A DNA stretch of 63,162 nucleotides, the filler included, from Ionaspis alba (Eukaryota): the NCBI GenBank assembly GCA_964255285.1. It is 20 parts of 20 records of this genome, joined end to end, with 100 filler letters (N's around TTAATTAATTAA, not from the genome) between each part and the next. Parts side by side here need not be neighbours in the genome. Positions count along the whole stretch, not along the records: positions 22,646 to 25,742 come from CAXUUL010001232.1; positions 25,843 to 28,921 come from CAXUUL010001233.1; positions 29,022 to 32,085 come from CAXUUL010001234.1; positions 32,186 to 35,233 come from CAXUUL010001235.1; positions 35,334 to 38,362 come from CAXUUL010001236.1; 15 more parts are not named here. One strand, 5' to 3'. Each line of letters begins with the position of its first letter. Position 1 is the stretch's first letter. The position numbers and the translations under genes are program-made. Positions 24,908-37,181 of this stretch are shown here, in pieces. The notes beneath the pieces are model-generated. The model did not search any database and was not told the DNA's origin. It worked only from the letters and a program-made list of their open reading frames with translations.

Positions 24908-25701
24908 CTAGGTCCATGGCAACTCCTCCGGCGGTGGTGTTTTATATACCTCGACATACTCCATCTCACCCTTCCGCATCAGGCGATTCTCCAGATTTCG
25001 CTCGTTGACCTTCTCCCCCAGCCAGCTTACTGTGGCCTTTTCCACCCTCACCTTCTCCCACAAAATGTCCCATAGTTCGTGGAAGTGCTCGTTATAGTCT
25101 TGCTGGTCCGCGAATTTTGGGTTACCTGGGGACCTGAAGAGAGTCTGCGAGTCCATGAACGGCAGATCCAGATGCTTCAATTTCGGAAACATTTTATTGA
25201 GCCCGAAATCTGGATGCGTGAGCAGGTGCTTCCAGCCGATCCCCTTCCTCGTGCCAATGTCCCAGTTTTCCCAATCATCGTGAAAGAGGTCAATCTCCAA
25301 CCGGAGCTTAGTGATTCGATTCAAAGCCTCTTCACCATTGGCTTTGGCTTGAGCGGCAAACATGACGACCGGGTCCGCCGCTGAAAACCACCATACGTTG
25401 ACGCTGTAGTAGAGAGGCACTGCCTCCGCACGGATCGCCCTCGAGACGCTCAAGATGGCGAGCCATCTGTTCTTTTCTGACTCAATCTGTGCGCCACCCC
25501 ACATTGGGGGACTTGTGTTCTGTGAGCTCAATCGTTCGTTACTTCAAAGTACTGTTTAGCTTACCCGACAGGATCCTGCCATGTCTCATCCCATCCAGTC
25601 CACGGAAAACTTCCAATGTTTTCTCTCATGAACCGGAAGTCCAGAAGATAGAGCCAAATTTCGCGTCTCACATCATAGGGAAGCTCCATCAAGCTAGGCA
25701 T
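24908..25701 (-). CDS. F-box-like protein (~246 aa), 2 exons
   Basis: Exon 25565-25701 (MPSLMELPYDVRREIWLYLLDF) plus exon 24908-25511 (AILSVSRAIRAEAVPLYYS, FPKLKHLDL), joined in frame. Confidence 0.8.
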
Positions 25702-25842
25702 GGTGGAAGGATTTATCTAGGTCAATTACTTGAAAAATTGGTNNNNNNNNNNNNNNNNNNNNNNNNNNNNNNNNNNNNNNNNNNNNTTAATTAATTAANN
25801 NNNNNNNNNNNNNNNNNNNNNNNNNNNNNNNNNNNNNNNNNN

Positions 25843-26256
25843 CCCTTAACACACCCCCACCTCCACCATCCCTCCACCCCGGCCGATTATCCAGCGCCAC
25901 CTTCAACAGCACTCCTTGCACCGCAATCATCACCACGGCCTGCACCAAAAGCGAGGTATCGTAGCGTGCCCCGGGCCAGTAGAAGATTTTCAGTATCGAG
26001 GCGGTGAGCATGATGAGGGGAATGTCGAGGGAGAAGCCGGCGGATGTGCGAGTGCGGGCGATGGAGAGGATTTGGTCGGTGTAGGATGTCAGCGGCGAGA
26101 TTATGAGGCTGTTTGAAGGAAGGGGAATACAGTCAGCGAGTTCTTTGGGCGACGGAAGATGGGGGCGTTGGGAGGAGTGGTGGTGATATGGTGGTAAGGG
26201 GAAAGAGCATACAAGATGGGCGCGAAGGCGGAAATGAGGGTTTTGAGGAGGCCCAT
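25843..26256 (-). CDS. PQ-loop repeat membrane protein (PQLC1/Any1-like; 3' truncated)
   Basis: Exons 26213-26256 and 25843-26108. SPLTSYTDQI.SI.R...SAGFSLDIPLIML.ASILKIFYW. Confidence 0.8.
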
Positions 26257-26912
26257 GTTGATTTCCTGGCAACGAGTAGGAGGGAGGGATAGATGGGTGG
26301 AGGGACGAGAGAAGGATGCTGGGTCAATTGAGTTTGTAGACCCAAATCATCGTGGCGTCATAATGGAGGAAGTAGCATTCGATGGACGGTTTTCGAATGA
26401 AGTGTCTGAGAACAGTGACTTTGAGTATTGGGAGATCTGGAATGTTGGAATTTCTCGAAAACTCGCCGCAGCCCTAAAGGGCAAACGCGGCCGTGATCCT
26501 TTTCAGAGCAGGGATCACTTCCCCTGCCTCCCTTCGCTGCCGCTGTCGAATAGGGCGTTTCCAGTTTTTCCTCAGAGATATGATTGATGTTGATTTTGTA
26601 TGATCAGAGTTTCATATGTCAAGATTCTAGTGCTCTAACATCTACACTACATCCTCCCCATTCCAAAATCCTCACCGAAATCCTCCGGCCGCCTTAAAAT
26701 ACACTAGCGAGCCCTGTATATTCCAGTCCAGCATAACAGTCATAAGGGTATCGTGCATGAATCATCCAAACCCAGAAAGCTCTTCCCCGAACCCAAAAAT
26801 GAAGTCTCTTGCCCCAAAACGCCACTCCCTATTCACAAGTTCCCCAAAACACCCCCGTGGCTAATACGCAGAATCGAAGAAGCGAACACGGCAACAGAAC
26901 CCTACCTCCCAC

Positions 26913-28204
26913 TCACCGCACTCCTCTACTCCCCCCCTCCTCAACCGACGACCCTTCCCCCTCCTTCTCCTGATAACTAACCCTCACATTCATCGTCTTC
27001 TTAATCCCCGCACTCTCCAACATAATCTCCTCATCACTCGCGCTCACCAATTTCGGTTTCCCGCCCGCAATAACCTGCGAGCGGGTGCGATCCGAGCGAT
27101 CGGACTGGTTGAAGTTGAAGTTGAAGTCGCTGCGCCGGTTGGATTCGCCGCTGCGGCCGTACCCGCTGCGGTTGGTGCGCAGCTGAGTGAGGCGCGGAAA
27201 GAGCTTCACGATGGGGGTTTTGAGCGTGGGGATACAGGCGCAGATNNNNNNNNNNNNNNNNNNNNNNNNNNNNNNNNNNNNNNNNNNNNNNNNNNNNNNN
27301 NNNNNNNNNNNNNNNNNNNNNNNNNNNNNNNNNNNNNNNNNNNNNCTGAACATACAAGATCCCCAAACTGAACATGATAGCCAAACCGAATTTCTGCGCC
27401 TTTGGCAACTTGAGGGAAGGTATCTGATTCAGTGGTAGAGCGATGATAGCCAAGTCGGTAGCAATGGCCAAAGCTGATGTCGAATACCAGACTGCGCCTA
27501 TACTGACGGGACACTGGAGCAATAATCAGGACTGTAATTGAATTGGCGATAGAGGGCTGAGCAACTTACCGTGCCAGGTAGTTTCTTGTTCCACGACTTT
27601 GCGATGGGATTGCATTGAAAAACAGTGAGCTTGAGGATCGTCAGCATTCTGTACGAGCTCAAACCTGATGAAGCGAAAAAGATACTTACGAGTATGGAAA
27701 TGATGTTATAGACCACCACCACGCCCATAGTAATCCAGGAGCAAACCCGGAACGTCCGATGGGTGAAAATCCTGAGATAGAGCAACAGAAGCGAGACTTT
27801 CGTGGTACAGGTCGCAACTTTGTAGAGGATCTGCGCGGCGAAGAAGAATTTGAATGCTAGTATCTTGTGCTGATCGCTGACTTGATCCTGATGTAGTCCG
27901 AATCCATTCATGGCCTCTCCGTTGTAAGTGACGGTCATGCCAATTGCCATTGCCAAAGCGACAACGATAAGGTAGTCATCCGAGCCGAAGCGTTTGTGAA
28001 ACCGTATTCTTGTGAAGCATCGGATGGCAACCAGGAGAGTGGAGATTGAGGCGAAGATGATGGATGTGTTGGCCAGTGACTGAAAAAGAGATCAGCATTC
28101 CATTCCCCCAGATCTTGAGTCTTGTTGCAGGAACTTCTTACTCGACCTCGGGGATTGGGTTCGCCATCATCGATAGCATCTCTCGCAATGAGATCGATGA
28201 ACAT
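26913..28204 (-). CDS. PTH11-like (fungal rhodopsin-domain) integral membrane protein without CFEM
   Basis: First exon 28142-28204, next from 28079. R.FG.DDY, TK.SLLLLYLRIF, FQCNPI.K.W, TDL.I..LPL..I..L.LP..QK, ICACIPTLK. Spans gap 27246-27345. Confidence 0.88.
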
Positions 28205-29021
28205 TTTTAGAATTATAGAATTATGAGAGAAATTATAAGACAACAAAATGTTTCAAGTATCCACCAATGTGACGTGTGTTGTCTGGGGAAACTCGAGGGG
28301 AGTAGGTAGTGTAGTATTAGTATGTAGGAGATAACCCCAGTTCAAGGTTCACTTTAGATAGGGAGGGACTCTCGCAGGGAGTGGTCGAGGGAGGAAGCCA
28401 CAAGACGTTGGAAGGGACGAGAGAGTGGAGAATTTGTGAATATTAATTGGACGAGAAGACGGGAAGACAGCCACCAGTGCTACCGGTAGGAAGCTAATGG
28501 CTTGAAGGAAGGTTTCTGGTGAAGTAGCTAGCAAGAAAGACTGCGTATGCTGATGATAGACCGCGGGCCGCTTTCACAGGTCAAAAAACCAAAAAGCATC
28601 CAGGAAATCGTCATTTAAGTATCGGGCAGATGCAACGACGGAACGGTGCGAAGGGTACATGCTGCATCATGTATCGGCGCCGAGACATTCTTGCTTCGAG
28701 AAGGATGCTGCAATGTCCTTTTGCATGTCGATTCTCTGCTGCACGAGCCGAGTCCTGGACACAGCTTCGGCGTTTGGACATTTCGTTTCTTCTCAATAAA
28801 ACGCAAAACCGATGTGGATGTTGTTTCTGGGGGGTGGGGGCAGTAGACAGGGAGAGGCACGCTTCTTTTGCGTTCCGGATATCGGGATAACTCTTCCAGC
28901 CCGCGGTGGCTTGCATTGGTGNNNNNNNNNNNNNNNNNNNNNNNNNNNNNNNNNNNNNNNNNNNNTTAATTAATTAANNNNNNNNNNNNNNNNNNNNNNN
29001 NNNNNNNNNNNNNNNNNNNNN

Positions 29022-31731
29022 GGGCGAAGAGTCCCGCATCCTGCATCGACCAAATTCGACGAAGACTTCGAGTCACCAGCCGCCAAACGGCTGAAGCGTC
29101 ATGACAGCACTGACAGTTCTTTGTCCCGTCATAACTCAGACCATGACGATGATGTTCAGGATTGCACACCAACAAAACATACAAGAAGAGAGATACCGGA
29201 TTCAGAGGCAGAGAGCGATGAAGAGAGCGGACCAGCCCCAGAGACAGTTCGGAAGACTGACTTAGAGAGTGCATTGCCGCCTATCAAGACAGACAAAGAG
29301 GCGATAGCAGAATATGAAGCCACGAGAGCTGCTGAAGAGGATGACAAGAAAGATTTACATGGACGATTGGGGCAGAGGAAGTGGGTTCAGGGCAAGAGTT
29401 CTATCTACGTTGATGCTTTCAACTTGGCGCTGGAGACGGTACTGGAAGATGAATGCCACTTGTTTGATGAGGCTGAGAGTGCGGTCTTTGAGAAGTGGAG
29501 AGGCTTGAGCTATGAGGCACAATATCTGTAGGTCTTGAGGCTTTTGCGAAATTATACATTTTCGAGGTCATTGGAGTGGCTCATAATTGAGGCAGATATG
29601 TGAGATTATTTCTACGCAAAACTGCTGCATGGCATCGGATAAATCGACTTGGGTACTATGGTGATATAGCGGATATACCAGCGGCAGCAGCCGACTTGTT
29701 TGAGCAGCACAAGCTTCCCACCTCTACAGCCATCGTCCAAGTCAATCCTGGAGAACTCGAGCCGCCGAAGGATACAGTTCTTGATGGGACATTTACTTTT
29801 GCCGATGCTTCGAAAGATCACATTACTACCTTAGAGGAGGCGTCGACTCTGCTGAGACTCGACGAGTTGAAGACGATTGCAAAAGATGCCAAAGTGCAAG
29901 GAAAGAATAAGAAAGAACTGCTCCAATCGTTGAGACGGACGAGTCAGCAGCAAGGTGGGCTGAGCTGGACAGGACTAAAAAGATCTGATACAGAAGAGTC
30001 AGTAAAGTCAGAACTCTCAGTCCGCAGTGAGGAGGATGATGGGGATATGCTTGATCTTCCTGAAGGTCTTGCAGTCAGTCGGGATGGCCATTTCGTCCGC
30101 AAAATTCTCAGGAGCACTGGTCCATGCATACGTCTTTCTGCTGCGCCGCTCAAGCTTTTCGAACGAGTCCATCTTGTATTCTATCGGTCTACCGAATGGA
30201 CCGAGAAGTCTCTTACAACTATCATCCTCGCTAGAATATCTAGACGCAACTTTCCCGAATACATCGTTTCTCGATCCACCAATATTTTTTCATCCAGGAA
30301 TTCTTTGCTTGAATTCGAGGCTTCGTTACGCTTGCAGTTTCGTGTTGATAATATCCTTGAAATGAATGGAACGGTCAATAAAGAAGGGCTGCAGAAAGTC
30401 AAGGACATCTTCGACGAGGTCTATCCTCGCTGGAAAGTGTTGCTGGCAGAGGAGCAGCGTAAAGAAGATCGAGTGTATGAGAGCGGTGAGGGTGCCTACC
30501 TCCGACGCTTCTCGCCCGCTTGGGTGTACACGCGAATCATCCACAAAGGCCTGTATCCACTGGCTCGTTTCAAGGAGCACAAGAAGGAACACGAGCTCCT
30601 CATCGAGCTCCTGGACCAGCGACTTTTTCATGCTGCGAGACGCGGTGCATGGTACCAACGGAAGGCTCTCCTCGAAGAACACTACATGTGGGCGCTCGAA
30701 CCAGACGAAGGACGTAACGAGGAGAATCAGAAGAAGTATTGGAAAAGAATCGCGCTTCAGACTTGCGAGGAGGGATTGCAAGATCGAGAATGTCATGTCA
30801 TTTACCATTATGATTTGCAGAAACGCATCATGAAGCTGGAGAAGTCTTTGAAGGTTGCGAAGAGGCAACAACATGATTTTGGACATGTCCTGCTAGCAAA
30901 GCCTTTCGAGAGGACTGTCGAGGGTATTCGGGTAGAGAAAGAAAGACCACCGAGTGCAAATGGCACTCGACGAGGAAGTGATCAGAACTTATCAAGGAGA
31001 GGAGCGAAAACAACCTGGATCGACGAACGAGAAGGCGGCGGAGAATGCGGTGTAGAAGCCATGTGTCTAAGCTGGTATCGCGACAACGGCTGGAAAGGGT
31101 ACCACTCCGAGGGTCGAATTGTCCGAACACTGGTGCGTTTGTTGCATCCCAAACCCCCGACTCAAAGAAAGAATGTACCCATAATTGACTCTTCTTCTTA
31201 TCCTTCTTCTCAAAGTTCGGCTACCTCTTCTACGACATCCTTTTCACCTACATCCCCAACGTCTTCCAAACCCCCTACCAAACCTGCCCCCTCGACCTCC
31301 ACACCGATGCCTTCTTCCCGTCTCGGCTCTCGGAGATCAATCACCGCCTCGTCGCGATCGCCAACGGCGCTGCACCGCGTCTGTTGCGCGAAGTCCATGC
31401 CCGCGAACACGAGAAAGAGACTTGCGTCGTCGGCATCGACTGGAGCTATGAGCTCAGCGATCTGCTGGAAATCGTGTCATGTTTCCGCGGCGAGGCGCTG
31501 GCGACGGTGTGTAAAGTGATGGCGCAGGAATACCAGCAGAGGGGGGGTGGGATACCGGATTTGTTTCTGTGGAAGTGCGAGACGGGGGAGGTGATGTTTT
31601 CGGAGGTGAAGTCGGTGAATGATCATTTGAGTGATACGCAGAGGCTCTGGTTGCATGTGCTGGGTGGCGCGGGGATCAGGGTTGAGTTGTGTAATGCTGT
31701 TGCTAGGGAGGTTCGTGTGGAGCGAGGATGA
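29022..31731 (+). CDS. FAN1: Fanconi-associated nuclease 1 (VRR-NUC; 5' truncated)
   Basis: Exons to 29527, 29596-31132, 31216-31731. YLYVRLFLRK, RRGAWYQRKAL, G.HSEG, GIPDLFLW...SEVKS.ND.LS..Q. Confidence 0.94.
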
Positions 31732-32185
31732 TGAGGGATTGGGTGGTGTGGTCTCATTTCAGGAACGAGACGGAGATAACTCTAAGTCGTATTGTTTAAT
31801 CTTGGATACAATCCATCGAGATTAGCGAGATGAGACTATACAAAACGATCATCCATCACATACGGTTAACATGGTTATGTGGTAGCTATCATTGTAGACA
31901 TTCATCAATGCGGTCCGATTTCGAATTCTTTTCTTCTTTCCACAAAATCACAGTATTACCTAGGTATGTGATGAAATTCCTCCATGGCTCCAACCTTGCA
32001 CCTCTGCAGCATGACGACAGCGCTCCTCAGCCTCTTTCTCCTTAGCGTGTGCTTAGTCTTTCCACCGGTGGGACATCCCGCCCCTNNNNNNNNNNNNNNN
32101 NNNNNNNNNNNNNNNNNNNNNNNNNNNNNTTAATTAATTAANNNNNNNNNNNNNNNNNNNNNNNNNNNNNNNNNNNNNNNNNNNN

Positions 32186-35064
32186 GTTTGGGGGACTGGT
32201 GGAGGTGGGAAGCGGGGGCTTTCGATTATGGAGGAGGTGGAGACCGTGAGAGGAGGGGAGCGGCTGCGGTTTCGGCGGAGGTCGCGGGGCGCGTGGCTGG
32301 TGGTTGCGGCAGCGGAGCGGATTTTTCGGAGGACAGGTTTTTTGACGGGTGGACGGCTGTGGTCTTTTCTTTGTTGGCCGCTGAAGAAGCTTGTTGTTTG
32401 GGGGGTGGGACTTTGGGCGCCTTCGCTGATGCTGATGGGTAGCTTTCTTGAGCTTGCACGTGTAGGGACGGGGAATGGAGGAGCTGGAGCTTGAGCCGGT
32501 TTGGAGGCTTCAGCGGTGGGAATGGTAGGTGCACTTGGACTTCTGGGTCGCTGGAAATGTGCTGCTGTACCACTCGAGATGAGAGCTGCTCTTCGAATAT
32601 CGGGCTGCTTGCCTGTTGCAACAGGTGTAGGACGTTTGACATGCTTGTGCTCCTGCACGACCTTCGAAAGGGCTTGTTCCTTGCCCAATTGACGGGGAGT
32701 TGGACGATGACTAGACTTTGTCGGTAAAGGTGGACTAGGATTATCCTCTTTTCCAGACTCGAGACGGTCTGCCACGGAATCTTCTGTCTGCGGTACAAGC
32801 TTCCACGAGTTCTTGACTTTTGACAGAGTCTTCCTGATCGGCTCCTTGTCCCCAAAGCTGTCATCGCTGAGGTCAGCAACGTCAATGGCGGGAATCTCTC
32901 CATCATTGGCACTATCGAATCCAGCAAAGAGACTGCCTGAACGAATTGGTCGTCGTATTGGAGATTCCTTGATATTCTTAAGAGGACCATTATCGTTATT
33001 CCCAGGATATGCGTCGTAAGTTTCTTCAGCTATAACCTCTGGACTAGGAGTCTTCCTTTCCTTGGATGGAGTTTCCGGAATCCCAGGCACCACAGGGGCT
33101 TTCCGGGTCGGTTTCGGAGGGATAGCCAACGGTTCTTTGTCCACCTTCTCAGGAGCTGGCGAAGGAGGATTCGAAGAGATAGCCGAAGGTAACAAATGTG
33201 CTGGTAGCTTCACTGGACGCTGATCAACTCGAATCTCTTCTGTCTGTACGGATATAGACCGTAACGAAATCGGAATATCAATTGAGGCCTGGCAACCAGC
33301 ACTTTTCGTCCGTGGTGGAAGTACAACGCTAGTTCGAGGCGTGTTTGGGGCCGTCACTGGCGGATGTATCTCGATCGTCGGAACATCCATAAACGTGGCA
33401 GACTCCTCGCGGGTAGGTGCAGGAGGTGTCATGGGTAGCATTTCATCCTCGCTAGTTTGCGTGCTTGCTATCTTCATCTCCACGGGCTCCGAGATGTGTT
33501 CTGGCGGAAAGGTAGCCTTGTCTATGGTCTTTGGGGTATCCGGTGGACTGAGAGGTTGTTCGACTGTTTGGCAGGATGAGGAGACCATTGCTATTTTCTC
33601 AGGCATTGTTGGAGCTGGTAAGGAAGTTTGCTTTGATGTCGTTTGTTCAACTACTGCAGGTTCCCTTGACTGTTCAGCATTCGAGACGGCTGGAGGAAGA
33701 TCATCGGCGTTTGGCTCTTTAGCTTCATCCAAAGGTTCCTGTGGTTGTAAGATGGGCGATGGCGGTGGAGAGAATTGAGTCGAGGTGTCAATGTACAAGA
33801 TCTTAGGCAATAATGTATCCTTTCCGACAACCTTGTCATCATGTTTGTCTCCCGCATGTGGGCTACGACTTCGGTTGGATTCTTCTGACGGTCGATCATC
33901 CTCCTCAACTGAGAGTCCCAGAAGCCTTCTTGCCTTGGAAGATTCACGATGTGATTGGGCAGAGAAAGGTCGTGGTCGATGGACGGCTTCCTCAGGTAGC
34001 GCTTCGGGTGATGTATATCCTGCTTCACCATCACTTTCCTCTGCGTTTTCATCTTCATCTTCGTCGAAGTTGAGCTCATCCGCCAGACTCGCACCGTGGA
34101 AGGCGCCACCCTTGAGCATACTCACGTTGGAGAATCTCACGCTGCGACCTTCTCCGTCATGGGTACTATTGCTGTGCTCACGGTGATGACCACGTCCGCT
34201 CATGCGGGAATCAGAACCCCTACCACTCATGCGAGAGTCACTGCCTCTTCCACTCATCCTGGAGTCAGTATTTCTCCCGCTCATTCTCGAGTCAGTACCC
34301 CTTCCATACGAGAGCTCATCGACCTTATCCTCCATCTCGGCTTCATGACCAAGGATCACGGAACCGTGGGCTTGTTGTGCAGCTTCGATCTCCGTCAGAA
34401 GGGTTTTCAATCGACCTTCCACCACATGAATCTTTCGATCCAGAGCTCTCTTCTCAGTATCCCAGTTCTGTCTATCGCTCTCCCATAGATTGTGTGTCCT
34501 TTCTGCATCCTCCTCTTGACTTCGAAGCTTCTTCTGAGATATCTCCAGTTTCTTCCTGGTCTCTGCAAGACTTTCAGTAATTTGATCCCTCTCCTTTGCG
34601 ACATCTTCTATGGCTGACAGTGTTCCACCTTCGAGCATTTCCATTTGACGTTTCATGGTTCGGTTCTCTTGCAGGCTGCTCGCGATGACGTTATTGAGAT
34701 TGGCATTGTCACTTTGGGCGGTGTGTAGATTCTCCTCCAGACTGACCACCAAGCTATTCTTGCTCTCCACCTCCCGTCTCAATGACAAGATTTCCGAGAC
34801 AAGATTCGCATGGAGGGTGGGCGTGAATCGACGAGGATCGAGAGGAGAGATCTTGTCATCTATACTCGGGTCTCCTTCCGGAATACCGTTGAAGTATGAA
34901 TCACCTCCTGGCGGGAACGGCGGAGGAGAGGAAGACATTGCTGGAGAAGCTGAGCCATGACGCGAAGAACGACGTGACAGCCCACGAGATGGTGTTCTGT
35001 AGGGAGTGTCGGTGGGAGTGGGTAAGGCATAAGCCGAATAGGTATGATCCATCTCGACGGCCAT
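32186..35064 (-). CDS. Large coiled-coil/disordered protein, probably Num1/ApsA/Mcp5-like cortical anchor family (3' truncated)
   Basis: ISPLDPRRFTPTLHANLVSEILSLRRE followed by a long heptad region, then a P/S-rich region. The diagnostic C-terminal PH domain would lie beyond the contig. Confidence 0.55.
34189..34305 (-). repeat. In-frame 27-bp x4 repeat encoding GR(G/N)(T/S)DSRMS
   Basis: GRGTDSRMSGRNTDSRMSGRGSDSRMSGRGSDSRMSGRG in the translation. Confidence 0.9.
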
Positions 35065-35618
35065 CTTGCCGAGTGTTCCTCCCTCAGTCAGGGTTAATCC
35101 TCCAACAGTCCCCAATTATATGTGGAATACTCCGAGCTTAGATTCGATAAAGATACTCAGCGACGACAATGCTCTGTTTGGTCGCGCACAGACAGCAGCA
35201 TCTCTGGTCGTCGACACGCTGTTGATATGGATGNNNNNNNNNNNNNNNNNNNNNNNNNNNNNNNNNNNNNNNNNNNNTTAATTAATTAANNNNNNNNNNN
35301 NNNNNNNNNNNNNNNNNNNNNNNNNNNNNNNNNCCACTCTTTGCTGCTCAAGGCCAAGCACGCCAGGTCCACTGGGCTGCGGTATTTTAAGACTTGTCGA
35401 CTGGTCTGTAGCTTGCTGATCTGCTGATGCACAATAGGTTCACCGGAATCCGTTGGTTTTGTCACTGACCAGAGTGGTATGATCGCTCCTGTGCCAGCGA
35501 GAGCGGATTTCCTAAGACCGGGCATTGAGGAGTTCCTCGTCAACCCTATGCATGTCACGTCTGATTTTTAAGAGGATTGCGGCGCCTCTCTCGTGGTTTT
35601 CGAAGAAATATCCCTGAG

Positions 35619-35900
35619 TTAGTTCTCTAGTACGACAATCTCTTTGATGCATATCAACACAAGAAGGCAAAGCAGGAAACACAGGATGCTCAGAAACGCG
35701 TCCATGTCTTTGGACTGTTTCCAGACGACGGAGCGTTCTTTTCGAGTGATGAGAATGAGGTGCCGAGTGATGAAGAGCACGATAATCACGAAGATCAGGA
35801 GGTAAGAGCGATCTGACAATGAGCCCGGTATCGCCAAGTAATAAGGATTCATCAACCGTATCCCTTCCTTGGTTAGTACGACTTGGCTGAAGTCGGCCAT
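35619..35900 (-). CDS. Possible small two-TM membrane protein (93 aa)
   Basis: ATG-initiated ORF with two hydrophobic stretches. No recognised family, and it starts only 75 bp past the ATP12 stop. Confidence 0.25.
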   Translation of the reverse strand: MADFSQVVLTKEGIRLMNPYYLAIPGSLSDRSYLLIFVIIVLFITRHLILITRKERSVVWKQSKDMDAFLSILCFLLCLLVLICIKEIVVLEN

Positions 35901-35974
35901 AGTGCATTATAGCATCCCTCACCACGTTCAGAAGTCAGCTTTGGTGCAGAACAATGAGCTAATTGCTTTTCTCA

Positions 35975-37181
35975 TCAACCTGTCCCGCCAACCAGTAGTA
36001 TCACACTCCCCAATTGCCTCTTCAAATCCTCCTTGTCCACATCATGCGTATCTTCTACCTCACCCCACATCCCTGTCTGCCATCTGACCTCGAGACTGCA
36101 AGCTTCAGCCGCAGCCTCAACATCGAATCTCTTCTCCACCACTGCACCATCCTTCTCCTCTCTGAGTCCCTGGAAGTTCTCGCTCCACTCAACGACAAGT
36201 CGAGCTGCCACACACAAACTCTTGCTCGCAAGTACGGCTCGCTCCAGACCAGCAAGCTCCCACGGCCCAAGTCCACTTATCCAGCCTCTGATAACGTCTC
36301 GCGTTTCTTGTGGCTGACTAGCGGGCACGATCGAGCCGTCGTCGAGGACGGGTTTGATCTCCACGCCTGGCCACACTTTTGTGGTCAAGTGTGAAATGAT
36401 CGGTCTTGCAGTCTTGATCTGTATTTCTCGCAGACTCTCGTGTCCTCGCTCCTCGCTTTGCTCGAGCTGGGCGGCGTCATGTTGACTCCGAGCAGGCGCC
36501 CAACACAACAGTGTGTCAGTATCTAGATACCGAATGAGCGTTTGCACTATCTCGGCTCTTGCATTTCCCTCAGCTCGTCTTTGGTCTTGTAGTGAGATAT
36601 CGTAGGCTCGACTTGCACTCGACGTGAGGGGAATAAGATGCTGCTTCAACGCTTGCTGGGCAGATACTAGAAGATCCCACTCTATGGCAATGGCTGTAGC
36701 AAGGTGAGGTTTGGAAATAGGAATTGGGAGCGGCGTTCTGGATTGTGGGGCGCGAACGGATCGATCATCGAGATAGACGACGTGATGACCTTCTAACGAC
36801 TCCAGATACACGTGAATCATGGTCCGACGAATGAATTTATGGGGAGCGTTATATCATACCTGGAGACTGCCTCACACTGACATCCTTCCAGAATCGTTTC
36901 TTCATTGCCCCACCCGGTTTCATCTGACTCGCTCGAAGATCTTGACCCTTCTTGAGCAATGCAGCCTGCCGCCGCCGGCGGTCAACACGCTCACCATACT
37001 GTGATGCTGCAGGAACGGGTGCTGATGGAGGAGGACCAGCGCCAACGAAGGGTACGGCTGTGGCGAATACCGTTGTGGTTCCATGGAGCGACCTAGTATG
37101 AGTCGGAGCCAAAGTTGATCGCAATACGCATTGTGAGGTATGCGGGTGGACCGTAGACGCCGAGGGGAAGAAAAGCTTCAT
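35975..37181 (-). CDS. ATP12: Mitochondrial F1-ATPase assembly chaperone Atp12, 2 exons
   Basis: Exons 36860-37181 and 35975-36792. KRFWKDVSV, LD.R.VR.P, AIAIEWD, YLDTDTLLC, LE..WQ...WGEVEDTHDVD. Confidence 0.95.

Noticed and set aside
7754..31731. Apparent DNA repair/chromatin cluster (POB3, MUS81, KU70, FAN1)
   Set aside because: Each gene is on a different contig, and order reflects length sorting.
32226..34960. Many 60-250 aa alternative-frame and antisense ORFs (also over FAN1, AGC1, DBP10, IPK2)
   Set aside because: Shadow ORFs from codon bias within well-supported genes.
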